DNA of 64,000 bases. Source: Phormidesmis sp. Its GTDB lineage: Bacteria; Cyanobacteriota; Cyanobacteriia; Leptolyngbyales; Leptolyngbyaceae. The stretch covers positions 1,920,001-1,984,000 of the forward strand of contig CBDFJR010000005.1 of assembly GCA_965248535.1 (NCBI GenBank), given 5' to 3'. Of this stretch, positions 9,225 to 19,320 are shown piece by piece. Numbering within the stretch: the stretch's first letter is position 1; the number at the start of each line of letters is the position of its first letter. A program made the translations under genes and the position numbers. A model generated the notes under the pieces. That model did not search any database and was not told the origin of the DNA. It was given only the letters and a program-made list of their open reading frames with translations.

Positions 9225-10763
9225 ATGAAAACTTTGCTGCATTGTCTGACCGCGATCGCTCTGGTTTTTCTGCTCTGGATGCCTTGTGCAAATGCTCATC
9301 CGCTCGGCAATTTCACCATCAATCACTATGCTGGACTTCAAATTGCACCCGATCGAGTAGAAATTGACTATGTTTTAGATATGGCTGAGATTCCAGCGTT
9401 TCAGGAGATTCGTCAGCTTGATGTCGATCGCAATCACAAAGCAGATGCGATCGAGACCGCTCACTATCCAGTCACCAAATGCCGTGAGATCAATTCTGCT
9501 CTCAGTCTGAGGCTCAACAAAAAGCCGCTATCTCTCTCTCTAAGTCGCTCTAGCGTTGAGTTTCCCCCCGGTGTAGGTGGGCTAGAAACGCTGCGGCTCA
9601 CCTGTGGGTTTGAGGGGGCGCTCTCTCAAACAGAACGGCTCAACTCTGCGTCACCGAGCACGATCGCGTTTGAAGACACCTCTTACCCGCAGCGTTTGGG
9701 CTGGCGTGAAATCACGGTGTCGGCTGAGGTTCCGGTGGAGGGCAACTTTATCGCGTCTAGTGTGAGCGATCGCCTGACAAACTATCCCTCTGATCTGTTG
9801 AGCAGCCCTCTAAATCAGCGTCAGGTGGCTTTGACGGTCAACCCATCTGGGCTGGGTGATCAATCCGTTGCGCGATCGCCTGATCTGCCCGCTAGCCAAG
9901 CGAGTCAGCCGTTGATTGGGCGAAGAAATGATGCCTTTACGCGACTGATCACGTTAGAGGATCGCAGCCTAACGGCGACTCTGGTGGCTCTAGCGATCGC
10001 GTTTGTGTGGGGTGGCTTACACGCATTGTCTCCGGGTCACGGTAAAACGATCGTGGGGGCTTATTTAGTCGGGTCTCGCAGTCAGGTTCATCATGCTCTG
10101 GTTTTAGGACTCACCGTAACGCTAACGCACACGATCGGCATTTTTGCGCTGGGGCTGGTGACGCTGGGCACGTCTCGGTTTGTTTTAACTGAAGAGTTGT
10201 ATCCCTGGCTGAACGTGATCTCTGGCGTGCTAGTGACCGGGATTGGATTGAATTTGTTGATTCAGCGATCGCGCATTGCTCAAATTTTGCCTAAATGGAT
10301 CTCGAAACCGCAGCATGATCATGGTCACGAACATCATCATGATCATCACCACAATCATAGTCATGATCATAATCACCATCATCACGATCACGATCATGAT
10401 TCTGAGCATGGACATTCCCATTTGCCGCCCGGTGCCGATGGCTCCCCGATCACCTGGTCGAGCATTTTAGCTCTTGGCATCTCAGGAGGATTGTTGCCCT
10501 GTCCTTCGGCGTTGGTGGTGCTGTTAAGCGCGATCGCCTTGGGTCGAGTCGGTTTTGGGCTGGCTCTAGTGTCTGCGTTTAGCCTAGGTCTAGCCGGAGT
10601 TTTAACCGGAATCGGACTAACGCTCGTCTATGCCAAAGACTGGTTTGAGCGGCTGCCCCTTCAGGCACCTAAAAGCAGACTGTTCCCGGCTATGAGTGCC
10701 TTGTTTATGACGCTGATTGGCTTGGGCATCACAACAAAAGCTCTTTTTGATCACACGCTGTAG
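9225..10763 (+). CDS. His-rich nickel/cobalt transporter (NicO/RcnA-like) with N-terminal periplasmic domain
   Basis: AHPLGNFTIN after a signal peptide, HALSPGHGK motif, poly-His loop, GLLPCPSA, multiple TM helices. Confidence 0.9.
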   Translation: MKTLLHCLTAIALVFLLWMPCANAHPLGNFTINHYAGLQIAPDRVEIDYVLDMAEIPAFQEIRQLDVDRNHKADAIETAHYPVTKCREINSALSLRLNKKPLSLSLSRSSVEFPPGVGGLETLRLTCGFEGALSQTERLNSASPSTIAFEDTSYPQRLGWREITVSAEVPVEGNFIASSVSDRLTNYPSDLLSSPLNQRQVALTVNPSGLGDQSVARSPDLPASQASQPLIGRRNDAFTRLITLEDRSLTATLVALAIAFVWGGLHALSPGHGKTIVGAYLVGSRSQVHHALVLGLTVTLTHTIGIFALGLVTLGTSRFVLTEELYPWLNVISGVLVTGIGLNLLIQRSRIAQILPKWISKPQHDHGHEHHHDHHHNHSHDHNHHHHDHDHDSEHGHSHLPPGADGSPITWSSILALGISGGLLPCPSALVVLLSAIALGRVGFGLALVSAFSLGLAGVLTGIGLTLVYAKDWFERLPLQAPKSRLFPAMSALFMTLIGLGITTKALFDHTL

Positions 10764-10830
10764 CAATCAAAAACCCGGTCAAACACGACGAGAGAATGAT
10801 GTTCATTCAGTCCTTTAGATAGAGTCAGTC

Positions 10831-11289
10831 ATGCTTAAAGTTGTTCTTGCATCTGCCGCGATCGTGCTGTTGGTTCCTCACCGCGCAATTTCCTCTGAGC
10901 CGCCCTCAGCGATCGCTCAAGACTCGCTGTGCTTTATGGTTAGCTCAACCCATCAAATAACAAATCTGACCCCTCTGTGCAATCTTGAAAACGGGGCGGA
11001 ACTGGCCCCGATCGTGGTGAGCAACCTCAGGTTAGACGTTCCCGATCAGGCGTTTTTGTCTTCCAGCGTTAAAGCCACCGTGACCAATCGCAGCAGTCGT
11101 CCCATTCAGGTCGAGGTTGTGCGGCTACAGGTTAATCGCGCTGATGAAAGGGTGACGATCGTCCCCATTTTTATGAACCAGACTCTAAACCCCGGCGAGT
11201 CAGTTCCGGCAAGCGGATTGTTTGACAAGGCTGAGTTGCGAGAGCAAAACCCTAGCGGACTCAGCCTCAGCTTTCAAAACTGGCAATAG
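10831..11289 (+). CDS. hypothetical secreted protein
   Basis: Signal peptide, CFM...NLTPLC motif, beta-rich C-terminus. Confidence 0.65.
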   Translation: MLKVVLASAAIVLLVPHRAISSEPPSAIAQDSLCFMVSSTHQITNLTPLCNLENGAELAPIVVSNLRLDVPDQAFLSSSVKATVTNRSSRPIQVEVVRLQVNRADERVTIVPIFMNQTLNPGESVPASGLFDKAELREQNPSGLSLSFQNWQ

Positions 11290-11331
11290 TCAACCCTTTT
11301 AGCCCCTAAAACTAGATTGAGACAATCAATT

Positions 11332-11442
11332 ATGAAGCGATTTAGCATCATCTTTCTGATCACTATTCTCTGCATTGTGGGTTACTTTGAAATCAGCCTG
11401 TCCCACTCTGAAGCCCTTTTTTGGCTAAATATCGGCTCGTAG
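11332..11442 (+). CDS. putative 36-aa membrane peptide
   Basis: MKRFSIIFLITILCIVGYFEISLSHSEALFWLNIGS read by hand; basic N-terminus plus hydrophobic helix. Confidence 0.35.
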   Translation: MKRFSIIFLITILCIVGYFEISLSHSEALFWLNIGS

Positions 11443-11463
11443 TTCCCAATGTGCGAATTTGGC

Positions 11464-11919
11464 TCAACGGGCGTTTGGCGTTTTTAGCACTTCATCTAAG
11501 AGGCTTCTGGCTGCCTGCGCTTTGGCCAGTGCGGTTTGATGATCGCTGTAGGCGCGCACTAGGCGAAACAGACCGCCCACTCCGGTTTTGAGGTGCTCTA
11601 AATCTTCGCCCGATACCAGTTCTCCATCTAGCATTCTCACAAGCAACGGTTTGATGTCGCCTACTTCTTGCCGCACTTTTTGAAGCTTTTCTACGGTGCT
11701 CAATAGGGTTTTGAGCGCGTTGAGGATGCTGTCAACACTTTGGGGATCTTCCGGTTCAGACAGGGTTTCGACTTCGGGTAAAGGTTCGACTTCGGGCTGG
11801 GGTTCGACTTCGGGTTCGGCGATCGCTACAGTGTCTTGAGGGTCTGACTGTTCAAGATCGGAGGTCACGGGCAATTCTGGTGTGGGCGTGGCAGTTTTAT
11901 CAGGGGTTGTGCGGGCCAT
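11464..11919 (-). CDS. hypothetical protein with acidic PEVEP repeats and helical C-terminus
   Basis: GAGGA RBS before ATG 11919; three 18-bp repeats near 11763-11818. Confidence 0.7.
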   Translation of the reverse strand: MARTTPDKTATPTPELPVTSDLEQSDPQDTVAIAEPEVEPQPEVEPLPEVETLSEPEDPQSVDSILNALKTLLSTVEKLQKVRQEVGDIKPLLVRMLDGELVSGEDLEHLKTGVGGLFRLVRAYSDHQTALAKAQAARSLLDEVLKTPNAR

Positions 11920-11996
11920 GAACGTTTCCTCAAGGGGCTTTTCTAGTGTACCGTGTCGATCTGGGCGTTTTGTAGGCATTTGGCGCGGCGCTGAGT

Positions 11997-13607
11997 TCAC
12001 CGACCCTCAGTTTTCAAAATATTGAGGGCGACGGCCTCGGCGATTTTGATGCCATCGATGCCCGCCGAGAGAATGCCCCCCGCATAGCCAGCCCCTTCGC
12101 CTGCGGGATAAAGTCCTTTGGTGTTGAGACTTTGACCATCGTCTTGACGCTTGATCCGAATCGGGGAAGACGTGCGAGTTTCAACGCCTGTCAACACCGC
12201 ATCATTCATCGCAAAGCCCTGGATCTGCTTGTCAAAAGCAGGTAGCGCTTCACGAATAGCGGCGATCGCATAGTCTGGCAAACTCGACCTCAAATCCCCC
12301 AGACGCACCCCCGGCGTATAAGACGGTCGCACGGTGCCTAAAATCTCGGAAGGACGATCAGCGATGAAATCTCCCACGAGTTGCCCCGGCGCTTCATAGG
12401 TGCCACCGCCTAACTCAAAGGCTCGCTCTTCTAAACGTCGTTGAAACTCAATGCCCGCTAGCGGATGACCGGGATAATCATCGGGCGTAATGCCGACCAC
12501 GATCGCGCTGTTGGCGTTGCGCTCATTGCGAGAATATTGGCTCATGCCATTGGTGACGACCCGCCCCGGCTCTGAGGTTGCCGCCACGACCAGCCCCCCC
12601 GGACACATACAAAAACTATAGACCGATCGCCCATTTGAGCAGTGGTGAACCAGCTTATAGTCAGCCGCCCCTAAAAGCCGATGCCCCGCCTGGTCACCAA
12701 ACCGACAGCGATCGATCAGGGCCTGCGGATGCTCGACTCGAAACCCGATCGAGAAGGGTTTGGCTTCGATATAAACGCCGCGATCGAACAACATCTCAAA
12801 GGTGTCTCTGGCACTGTGACCCACGGCGAGAACGATATGATCGCTGCGGAGATAGTCGCCGTTAGCGAGCGTAACTCCTCGCACCTGTCCCTGATCAATA
12901 TGCAGATCTTCGACGCGACTTTGAAAGTGGATTTCACCCCCCAAAGCTTCAATATTGGCGCGGATCTTTTCCACAATTCCTACTAGTTTAAAGGTGCCAA
13001 TGTGGGGTTTGTTGATATAGAGAATTTCTGGGGAGGCTCCGGCGTTAACCAGTTCAGTGAGCACTTTTCGCCCGTGATGCTGAGAGTCTTTGACCTGGCT
13101 GTAGAGTTTTCCATCTGAGAAGGTGCCTGCTCCGCCTTCGCCAAATTGGGCGTTAGACTCTGGGTTAAAGCCTTTTTTTCGCCAAAACCCAAAGGTGTCT
13201 GCGGTGCGCTCTTTGACGATTTTTCCGCGTTCGAGCACGATCGGGCAAAACCCCATTTGCGCCAACATCAAGGCCGCAAACAACCCACAAGGCCCCGTGC
13301 CAATCACGATCGGGCGAGTGGTCAAATGCTTTGGGGCTTGGGCAACCGGAGTGTAGCTCATGCTGGGCGTGACCCGCACATGAGGATCTTTTTTTAAGCG
13401 TTGCAGCAGCGACTTTTCGTGAGTCGTTTCTACATCTAGAATGTAAACCAGGACAATTTCTTCTTTTTTTCGCGCATCATAACTGCGCTTAAAAATTGAG
13501 TAGTTAGTTAACGCATTGGCTGGAATTTGTAGCTTTTTAAGAATGGCAGTCTTGATCTCGCTTTCAGGATGATCAAGGGGAAGTTTTACTTCGGTTAGTC
13601 GCAACAT
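11997..13607 (-). CDS. NAD(P)/FAD-dependent oxidoreductase
   Basis: GTGPCG, GEGGAGTFSDGKL, FCMCPGG, GVETRTSSP, GEGAGYAGGI motifs. Confidence 0.92.
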   Translation of the reverse strand: MLRLTEVKLPLDHPESEIKTAILKKLQIPANALTNYSIFKRSYDARKKEEIVLVYILDVETTHEKSLLQRLKKDPHVRVTPSMSYTPVAQAPKHLTTRPIVIGTGPCGLFAALMLAQMGFCPIVLERGKIVKERTADTFGFWRKKGFNPESNAQFGEGGAGTFSDGKLYSQVKDSQHHGRKVLTELVNAGASPEILYINKPHIGTFKLVGIVEKIRANIEALGGEIHFQSRVEDLHIDQGQVRGVTLANGDYLRSDHIVLAVGHSARDTFEMLFDRGVYIEAKPFSIGFRVEHPQALIDRCRFGDQAGHRLLGAADYKLVHHCSNGRSVYSFCMCPGGLVVAATSEPGRVVTNGMSQYSRNERNANSAIVVGITPDDYPGHPLAGIEFQRRLEERAFELGGGTYEAPGQLVGDFIADRPSEILGTVRPSYTPGVRLGDLRSSLPDYAIAAIREALPAFDKQIQGFAMNDAVLTGVETRTSSPIRIKRQDDGQSLNTKGLYPAGEGAGYAGGILSAGIDGIKIAEAVALNILKTEGR

Positions 13608-13745
13608 ACTCGATATCTTGAATGACCTCGACTAGGGCACGATCGGACGCGCTGGCAGCAGTCTTTCATTTTAGCTTGTGCGCCTAATCTTTCTAAAACA
13701 GAAACCCTGATCTATTATCGATCTTTAAACAGACCTAAACCTCTC

Positions 13746-15425
13746 ATGTCCTATTTCCCTGAGAATGCCTTAATTATTCAAAGCGATCGCTCTGTTCTCC
13801 TGGAAGTTCACTCGCCTAGAGCGAATGCGGCCCGAGAAGCGATCGCGCCCTTTACCGAACTCGTTAAAAGTCCTGAACACATTCACACTTATAAGATCAC
13901 GCCTCTCAGCGTGTGGAATGCACGAGCCGCCGGAATGCCCGTAGATGAGATGATCGCGGCTCTGCAAGATCACGCTAAATATCCCATGCCCGATGCCGTC
14001 ACCCAGGAAATTGAAGCTTTGGGCAAGCGGTATGGATTAACCGTGATTGAGCGATCGGACGATGAGATTCATCTCTTGCTGAGAACGGCTGATCTGCCCC
14101 TTGCGGAACTGTTGTCTCGCAACGATGATGTGGCTCCGCTGCTGGCAGAGCGTTTGAATGACTGCTTATTTCAAGTCGATGCCGGGTTTCGAGGGCTGCT
14201 CAAACAAGCGCTGTTAGCGGCAGGCTATCCGGCTGAAGATTTAGCGGGCTATGTGACGGGCGACGCTTTGACGATCGAGCTTCGGCGCGTTAGTCGATCG
14301 GGCGCACCGTTTGAGTTGCGCGATTATCAAGAAGCCGCCGCCGATGCGTTTTATCAGGCGGGTCGGGTGCAAGGTGGAAGCGGCGTGATCGTGCTGCCCT
14401 GCGGGGCTGGCAAGACGATGGTGGGCATGGCGGCGATGCTGGCGGTGCAAGAAAACACGCTGGTGCTGACGAGTAGCCTCACCTCGGTTCGGCAATGGCG
14501 ACGCGAATTGCTCGATAAAACCACGCTTTCAGAAGACTCGATCGCTGAATACAGTGGCGAGAGCAAAAACACGGCTCCGGTTACGCTAGCGACCTATCAG
14601 ATTCTCACCTATCGGTCTCAAAAAGATCAGCAGCAGCCTCACTTTGAGTTGTTCAACGCCCGATCGTGGGGCTTAATTATCTACGATGAAGTTCACCTAT
14701 TGCCTGCTCCGGTGTTTCGGGCTACGGCCGAGCTTCAAGCCCGTCGTCGGTTAGGATTGACTGCCACGCTGATCCGGGAAGATGGGCGAGAAGGAGACGT
14801 GTTTGCGCTGATCGGGCCAAAACGCTATGACGTGCCCTGGCGAGAATTGGAAGGACAGGGATTCATCGCCGCCGCCGAATGCACCGAGATTCGGGTGCCG
14901 CAGGATGCAGAAGAGCAAATGAATTATGCGATCGCGCCCAAACGCCAACAGTTTCGCATCGCCGCCGAAAATCCGCGCAAGTTGACAATGATTAAAGAGT
15001 TGCTAGAAAAAGAAGCCGGACATCGGATTTTGATCATTGGCGAATATATTGAACAATTAGAAAAAGTTGCCCACTTAACAAGATTGCCTTTGATCACGGG
15101 TAAAACTTCTCAACGGGAACGCGATCGCCGCTATGAACAGTTTCGCCATCAGCAAATTGATGGATTGATCCTGTCGCGAGTGGGCAACTTTGCGCTAGAT
15201 TTGCCCGATGCTGACGTGCTGATCCAAATATCTGGAAAGTATGGATCTCGTCAAGAAGAAGCCCAACGTTTGGGGCGAGTGTTGCGTCCCAAATCGGATG
15301 GTCGCGTTGCCCAGTTTTATTCGCTGGTGTCGCTGCGAACCTGTGAAGAAGAATTTGCCCGTCATCGGCAGCTATTTTTAGCCGAGCAAGGCTACAGTTA
15401 TCAGATTCAAGTTTTAGAAGAATAG
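13746..15425 (+). CDS. DNA repair helicase XPB (SF2)
   Basis: ELVKSPEHIHTY N-domain, LPCGAGKT, DEVH, GLTATL, QRLGRVLR. Confidence 0.92.
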   Translation: MSYFPENALIIQSDRSVLLEVHSPRANAAREAIAPFTELVKSPEHIHTYKITPLSVWNARAAGMPVDEMIAALQDHAKYPMPDAVTQEIEALGKRYGLTVIERSDDEIHLLLRTADLPLAELLSRNDDVAPLLAERLNDCLFQVDAGFRGLLKQALLAAGYPAEDLAGYVTGDALTIELRRVSRSGAPFELRDYQEAAADAFYQAGRVQGGSGVIVLPCGAGKTMVGMAAMLAVQENTLVLTSSLTSVRQWRRELLDKTTLSEDSIAEYSGESKNTAPVTLATYQILTYRSQKDQQQPHFELFNARSWGLIIYDEVHLLPAPVFRATAELQARRRLGLTATLIREDGREGDVFALIGPKRYDVPWRELEGQGFIAAAECTEIRVPQDAEEQMNYAIAPKRQQFRIAAENPRKLTMIKELLEKEAGHRILIIGEYIEQLEKVAHLTRLPLITGKTSQRERDRRYEQFRHQQIDGLILSRVGNFALDLPDADVLIQISGKYGSRQEEAQRLGRVLRPKSDGRVAQFYSLVSLRTCEEEFARHRQLFLAEQGYSYQIQVLEE

Positions 15426-15430
15426 TGGCA

Positions 15431-17083
15431 TCAAAACGGAGTCTCTAGAGTTAGCCGCAGTGCTTGTTTAGACTGCGGATGCTCAAAGCTCAGTTCTCTC
15501 GCGTGAAGACATAAGCGATCGCTACTCCCCTTTCCATAAAGACGATCGCCCACAATCGATACCCCCAAACCCGCTACTGCGTGGACTCGAATTTGATGCG
15601 TCCGTCCGGTGACTGGCGAGAATTCCATTCGCGTTAAATTTCCGGTTCGCACCAGCACTTTGAAGTGAGTCACGCTGGGCTTTCCGCGCTGACGATCGAC
15701 GGTTTGAACAGGTCGATTTTGCGGGTCTCCCCACAGGGGCAGGTCAATCACTCCCCGGTCTTGCGCCACCGCCCCGTTGAGCATTGCTTCGTAGATTTTG
15801 TGAACTTGACGCTGCTGAAATTGCTGACTGAGGTGGCGATAGGTTTGACGATCGCGGGCCAAGACCAAAATTCCAGAAGTGTCTTGATCGAGCCGATGCA
15901 CAGCCATCAGAGAGTCGCCATCCGGTAATAAATGCCGAAGCTGACTTAAAACGCTGTCTTGAGTATCCCGATAACGACCCGGAACTGAGAGCAATCCAGA
16001 GGGTTTGTTGACCACAATTAGCCATTGATCTTCATAGAGAATCGGTAGTGGTTGAGTGATGGGTACGATCGCTTCTTTTTGCGGCAATCCTGATAGCAAA
16101 AAGCCCATTAATGGCTGACAGCGCTCTAGACAAGCACCATAAAATTCTCCCTGAATCTTATGTTCACTGATTGAATCAGCCCCGTACCAAAACTCAGCCA
16201 TTGCTAACGGTTTGAGATGACAAGTTGCTGCATAATGCAACAGTTTTGGAGCACAGCAATCTCCGGTTCCCGTTGGCATTGAGCCGCTAGGCATTAACTG
16301 CTGAAGCGACAGAGATTTTCCAGCAAAATTAGTCAGTGAGTAATGGGCGTGCATCTGAGCTTGAAGTTGACGAGACACCTCTTTACGCTGTTGTTTTAAT
16401 TGCTGAATCCGGCTATCTGCTTGCTCAAGGAAAGATTTAAGCGGCTGCAATTCTGCATCTCGTTGACGTTTGAAGTGTCGGCGATCGCGGCCATCTTGAC
16501 GGCTTTGATCATCCAGTTTTTCAAGCTCTATTTCTAACATTTCTCCCGCAAGAAATTCTAGAAGCCTCTGACGTTGATGTTGTCGTTCCTCCTTGAGTTG
16601 ATGGTGCTGAAAAGTAATGTGCTGGAATTGAGTTTGAGATGCTTTTAGTTGCAATTCATAGCGCGATCGCTCCGGCAAGTTCTGTAAACCAATTAGTTCT
16701 TGCTTAATCGATTCTAAAATTGCTAAAGCATGAGCCTCTTCAAAAGCAACGCGATCGCGTCCTGGAATTGGCGGCACCCATCCCTCAACGATACCATTTC
16801 CGTTCAGCAACCCAGAAAACGCCTTGAGAACTCGCTGTTCGCCGCTAGAAGTCTCAACCAGCAGCACACCATACATTTTGCCTTCTTGAAACGTGTCCAG
16901 CGATCGCATCAAGCCTTTGGCGATCGCTTCTACAAACAAAGTGCGCGGCAGTCGCAATCGTTGACTACTTTGAGGGCAATTACCCTCATACCAATAAGTA
17001 GCTAAATCGTTGACTATGCAATTCTGTTCAACAAAATCTAAAGGAATATGAAGACTTACCTCATTAGATCCAGGGGTCATCAT
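15431..17083 (-). CDS. RluA-family pseudouridine synthase with long N-terminal extension
   Basis: NKPSGLLSVPG, HRLDQDTSG, PVTGRTHQIRVH, LHA motifs; N-terminal GKMYGVL and GDCCAPKLL. Confidence 0.92.
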   Translation of the reverse strand: MMTPGSNEVSLHIPLDFVEQNCIVNDLATYWYEGNCPQSSQRLRLPRTLFVEAIAKGLMRSLDTFQEGKMYGVLLVETSSGEQRVLKAFSGLLNGNGIVEGWVPPIPGRDRVAFEEAHALAILESIKQELIGLQNLPERSRYELQLKASQTQFQHITFQHHQLKEERQHQRQRLLEFLAGEMLEIELEKLDDQSRQDGRDRRHFKRQRDAELQPLKSFLEQADSRIQQLKQQRKEVSRQLQAQMHAHYSLTNFAGKSLSLQQLMPSGSMPTGTGDCCAPKLLHYAATCHLKPLAMAEFWYGADSISEHKIQGEFYGACLERCQPLMGFLLSGLPQKEAIVPITQPLPILYEDQWLIVVNKPSGLLSVPGRYRDTQDSVLSQLRHLLPDGDSLMAVHRLDQDTSGILVLARDRQTYRHLSQQFQQRQVHKIYEAMLNGAVAQDRGVIDLPLWGDPQNRPVQTVDRQRGKPSVTHFKVLVRTGNLTRMEFSPVTGRTHQIRVHAVAGLGVSIVGDRLYGKGSSDRLCLHARELSFEHPQSKQALRLTLETPF

Positions 17084-18035
17084 CGTCTTCTAAATCTTCA
17101 TCTTTCAAGGGTTGATTTTGAGAATTGGTGGATGGTTGAATAAGCGCCTCATTCTCCCGATCCTCTAATTTGTCAGTAGAAGATTGGACACTTATTTTAT
17201 CTACCACAGGTTGATCCTGAACATTCACCGTTGGCTGAATAAAATCTTCATCGTCCCAATCTTCTAGAGGGTCAAGTTCAGTTGATTCAGGAGGCTCGAT
17301 CGTGACTTTCGATTCATCCCATTGCTCAACCACATCATAGGTTCTTTCTTTGACTTGTTCCGCTAAAGCCTGAGCTTTTTCTCTGGCTTGTTCTGCCAAG
17401 ATCTGCGCCCGTTCTCTGGCGGTTCCTGTAGCAGTTTTAGCTTGGTTAAATAATGATCGTAGCTCTTGAGTCACCTGACTTTTTTCGTCTTGCAAGAAGT
17501 CCGTCATTTTCGTCAGCTTCTCTTGAATGCCTTCTCGATAAAGGGCAAACGATCGCACCGCCTCTTCAGACACTAACACTCGTCTATTTCCAATCTTCAA
17601 AACATAATTAGATGGCAATAAATAGGCGCTTCCGGTGATGCCACTCCAATCACTCGTGATGAATAAATAATGCTCAATTTCTCCGGTTCTCAGATTGAAC
17701 AAATAATCGATAATTTTCCCAGCTTTATTTCCGTCATCTGTCCAAACTTCCCAATTCACCAATGTCTCAAGCTGCCGAACTTTCTCAACATCGGTGTCAA
17801 CGGGTCTAGAGTTAACGAGAATGCCATTGCCCCCGATCGTGTGCAGTTGATCCAAATTAAACGCCGTTTTTTTCTGCCCTAGCCAGCCCGACTTGCAGAT
17901 AAACCCCAACACTCGATGCACTTTGGGATACATCCACAGCACTTCAACCTGCCCTAACTCCGCCATCGTGGAGCGATTGAGGACAAACTGATTCAACAAT
18001 TCACTCTGTCTAACAACCTCTGGTTGCTGCGCCAT
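17064..18035 (-). CDS. PRC-barrel domain protein
   Basis: Two PRC-barrel-like units (ELGQVEVLW; EVWTDDGNKAGKIIDY), coiled coil, acidic tail. Confidence 0.75.
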   Translation of the reverse strand: MAQQPEVVRQSELLNQFVLNRSTMAELGQVEVLWMYPKVHRVLGFICKSGWLGQKKTAFNLDQLHTIGGNGILVNSRPVDTDVEKVRQLETLVNWEVWTDDGNKAGKIIDYLFNLRTGEIEHYLFITSDWSGITGSAYLLPSNYVLKIGNRRVLVSEEAVRSFALYREGIQEKLTKMTDFLQDEKSQVTQELRSLFNQAKTATGTARERAQILAEQAREKAQALAEQVKERTYDVVEQWDESKVTIEPPESTELDPLEDWDDEDFIQPTVNVQDQPVVDKISVQSSTDKLEDRENEALIQPSTNSQNQPLKDEDLEDDDDPWI

Positions 18036-18113
18036 ACAAATTTAGACACCGTAAAGTCTTGCCTCTAGTGTATCTTGCCACCCCTAAAATTAAGACGCTA
18101 GATGTCAAAATGG

Positions 18114-18143
18114 TTGACAGAGCCTGTTCTGATTTGGCATACT
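18114..18143 (+). promoter_or_regulatory. sigma70-type promoter of rplU-rpmA
   Basis: TTGACA-N18-CATACT with extended TG. Confidence 0.55.
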
Positions 18144-18241
18144 AGTTGACTGGCTGTCTATCCCTGCTCGGATCAGGTCGGACACTCGAAAAGCGGGATT
18201 TTTCCGCTACCTGTACGGCAACTTTATCAAGGACAATTTTC

Positions 18242-18598
18242 ATGACTGCATACGCAATTATCGAAGCGAGTGGCACTCAGATGCGCGTAGAGCCAGGCCG
18301 GTTCTATGATGTCAATCGCCTCGCAGATGAAGTCGATTCACAACTGACGCTCGATCGGGTTCTGTTTATCAGAAACGAAGGCGACATCACCGTGGGCCAA
18401 CCTCTGGTGGAAGGTGCAACGGTTCAGGCAACGGTGCTCAGACATCTGCGAGGTCGCAAGATTATCGTCTACAAGATGCAGCCCAAGAAAAAGACCCGCA
18501 AAAAGCAAGGTCACCGTCAAGAACTGACTCGCATTATGATCGACTCCATCAGCCTCAACGGGGCGGTGGTTGATTCTAAAGAGCAACCCAGAGGCTAA
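18242..18598 (+). CDS. rplU: 50S ribosomal protein L21
   Basis: [10 protein letters not shown]...[22 protein letters not shown]. Confidence 0.97.
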   Translation: MTAYAIIEASGTQMRVEPGRFYDVNRLADEVDSQLTLDRVLFIRNEGDITVGQPLVEGATVQATVLRHLRGRKIIVYKMQPKKKTRKKQGHRQELTRIMIDSISLNGAVVDSKEQPRG

Positions 18599-18653
18599 AC
18601 CTCTCTGGGGTGAAGGCTTTTAACTGAAATCTACAGAAACTGTTGAGGAAATT

Positions 18654-18947
18654 ATGGCTCACAAGAAAGGTACAGGCAGTACTCGTAACGGTCGCGACTC
18701 TAACGCTCAACGTCTAGGAGTCAAGCGCTACGGCGGGCAAGTCGTTCTCGCGGGCAACATTCTAGTTCGTCAGCGTGGCACCAAAATTCATCCCGGCAAC
18801 AATGTCGGTCGCGGCAGCGATGACACCCTGTTTGCGCTCATCCCTGGCGTTGTCACCTTTGAACCGATGACCAAAGGTCGCAAAAAAGTCAGTGTCTACG
18901 CAAAAGTTGAAGCGGCTCAACCTGTTGAAGTGGCTCAACCTGTTTAA
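18654..18947 (+). CDS. rpmA: 50S ribosomal protein L27
   Basis: [24 protein letters not shown]. Confidence 0.98.
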   Translation: MAHKKGTGSTRNGRDSNAQRLGVKRYGGQVVLAGNILVRQRGTKIHPGNNVGRGSDDTLFALIPGVVTFEPMTKGRKKVSVYAKVEAAQPVEVAQPV

Positions 18948-18968
18948 TCGACTTCTAAATAGATTGAT

Positions 18969-18995
18969 AAGCTGCTCACAAGGGGCAGCTTTTTT
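18969..18995 (+). terminator. intrinsic terminator after rpmA
   Basis: AAGCTGCTC-ACAA-GGGGCAGCTT stem followed by a T-run. Confidence 0.75.
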
Positions 18996-19035
18996 ATGAG
19001 GTGACTGGCAGATTATTCTCCCAGAATTTAGTCAT

Positions 19036-19071
19036 CCTTTACAGTTCGTAATCACTCTAGTGAGCGATCGC
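19036..19071 (+). repeat. 36-bp direct repeat, left copy (ends in HIP1)
   Basis: CCTTTACAGTTCGTAATCACTCTAGTGAGCGATCGC, identical to 22894-22929. Confidence 0.95.
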
Positions 19072-19275
19072 TAGAGATGCTGCACTACGGTAGAGGACAA
19101 AACGAGTGGGTTCGGCATCAAGAATACTGGCGATTAAGGCGACAGCTTGGGTTTCTTGCTCAAAAGCTTGGCGCGCCAATTGTGTAGCCTTCTCTAGAGC
19201 ACCTCTTAAACGAGCGACTACTGCGGCTTCGGCTAAATCCATTGCTTGTTGGTGGAGCACTTGAATCTGGCTCAT
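19057..19275 (-). pseudogene. hypothetical helical protein, probably 3'-truncated at the HIP1/direct-repeat junction
   Basis: The frame runs into GCGATCGC (codons A-I-A) and stops inside the direct repeat. It resembles a longer family with EPTRSVLHRSAASLA (recalled, not searched). Confidence 0.5.
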
Positions 19276-19320
19276 TGGGGTATGCCATTTTGAACTCTTT
19301 GAGACATGGATTGAATGGCG

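Noticed and set aside
18907..18944. 18-bp duplication at the rpmA 3' end ([12 protein letters not shown])
   Set aside because: Real but trivial; it lies in the variable L27 tail.
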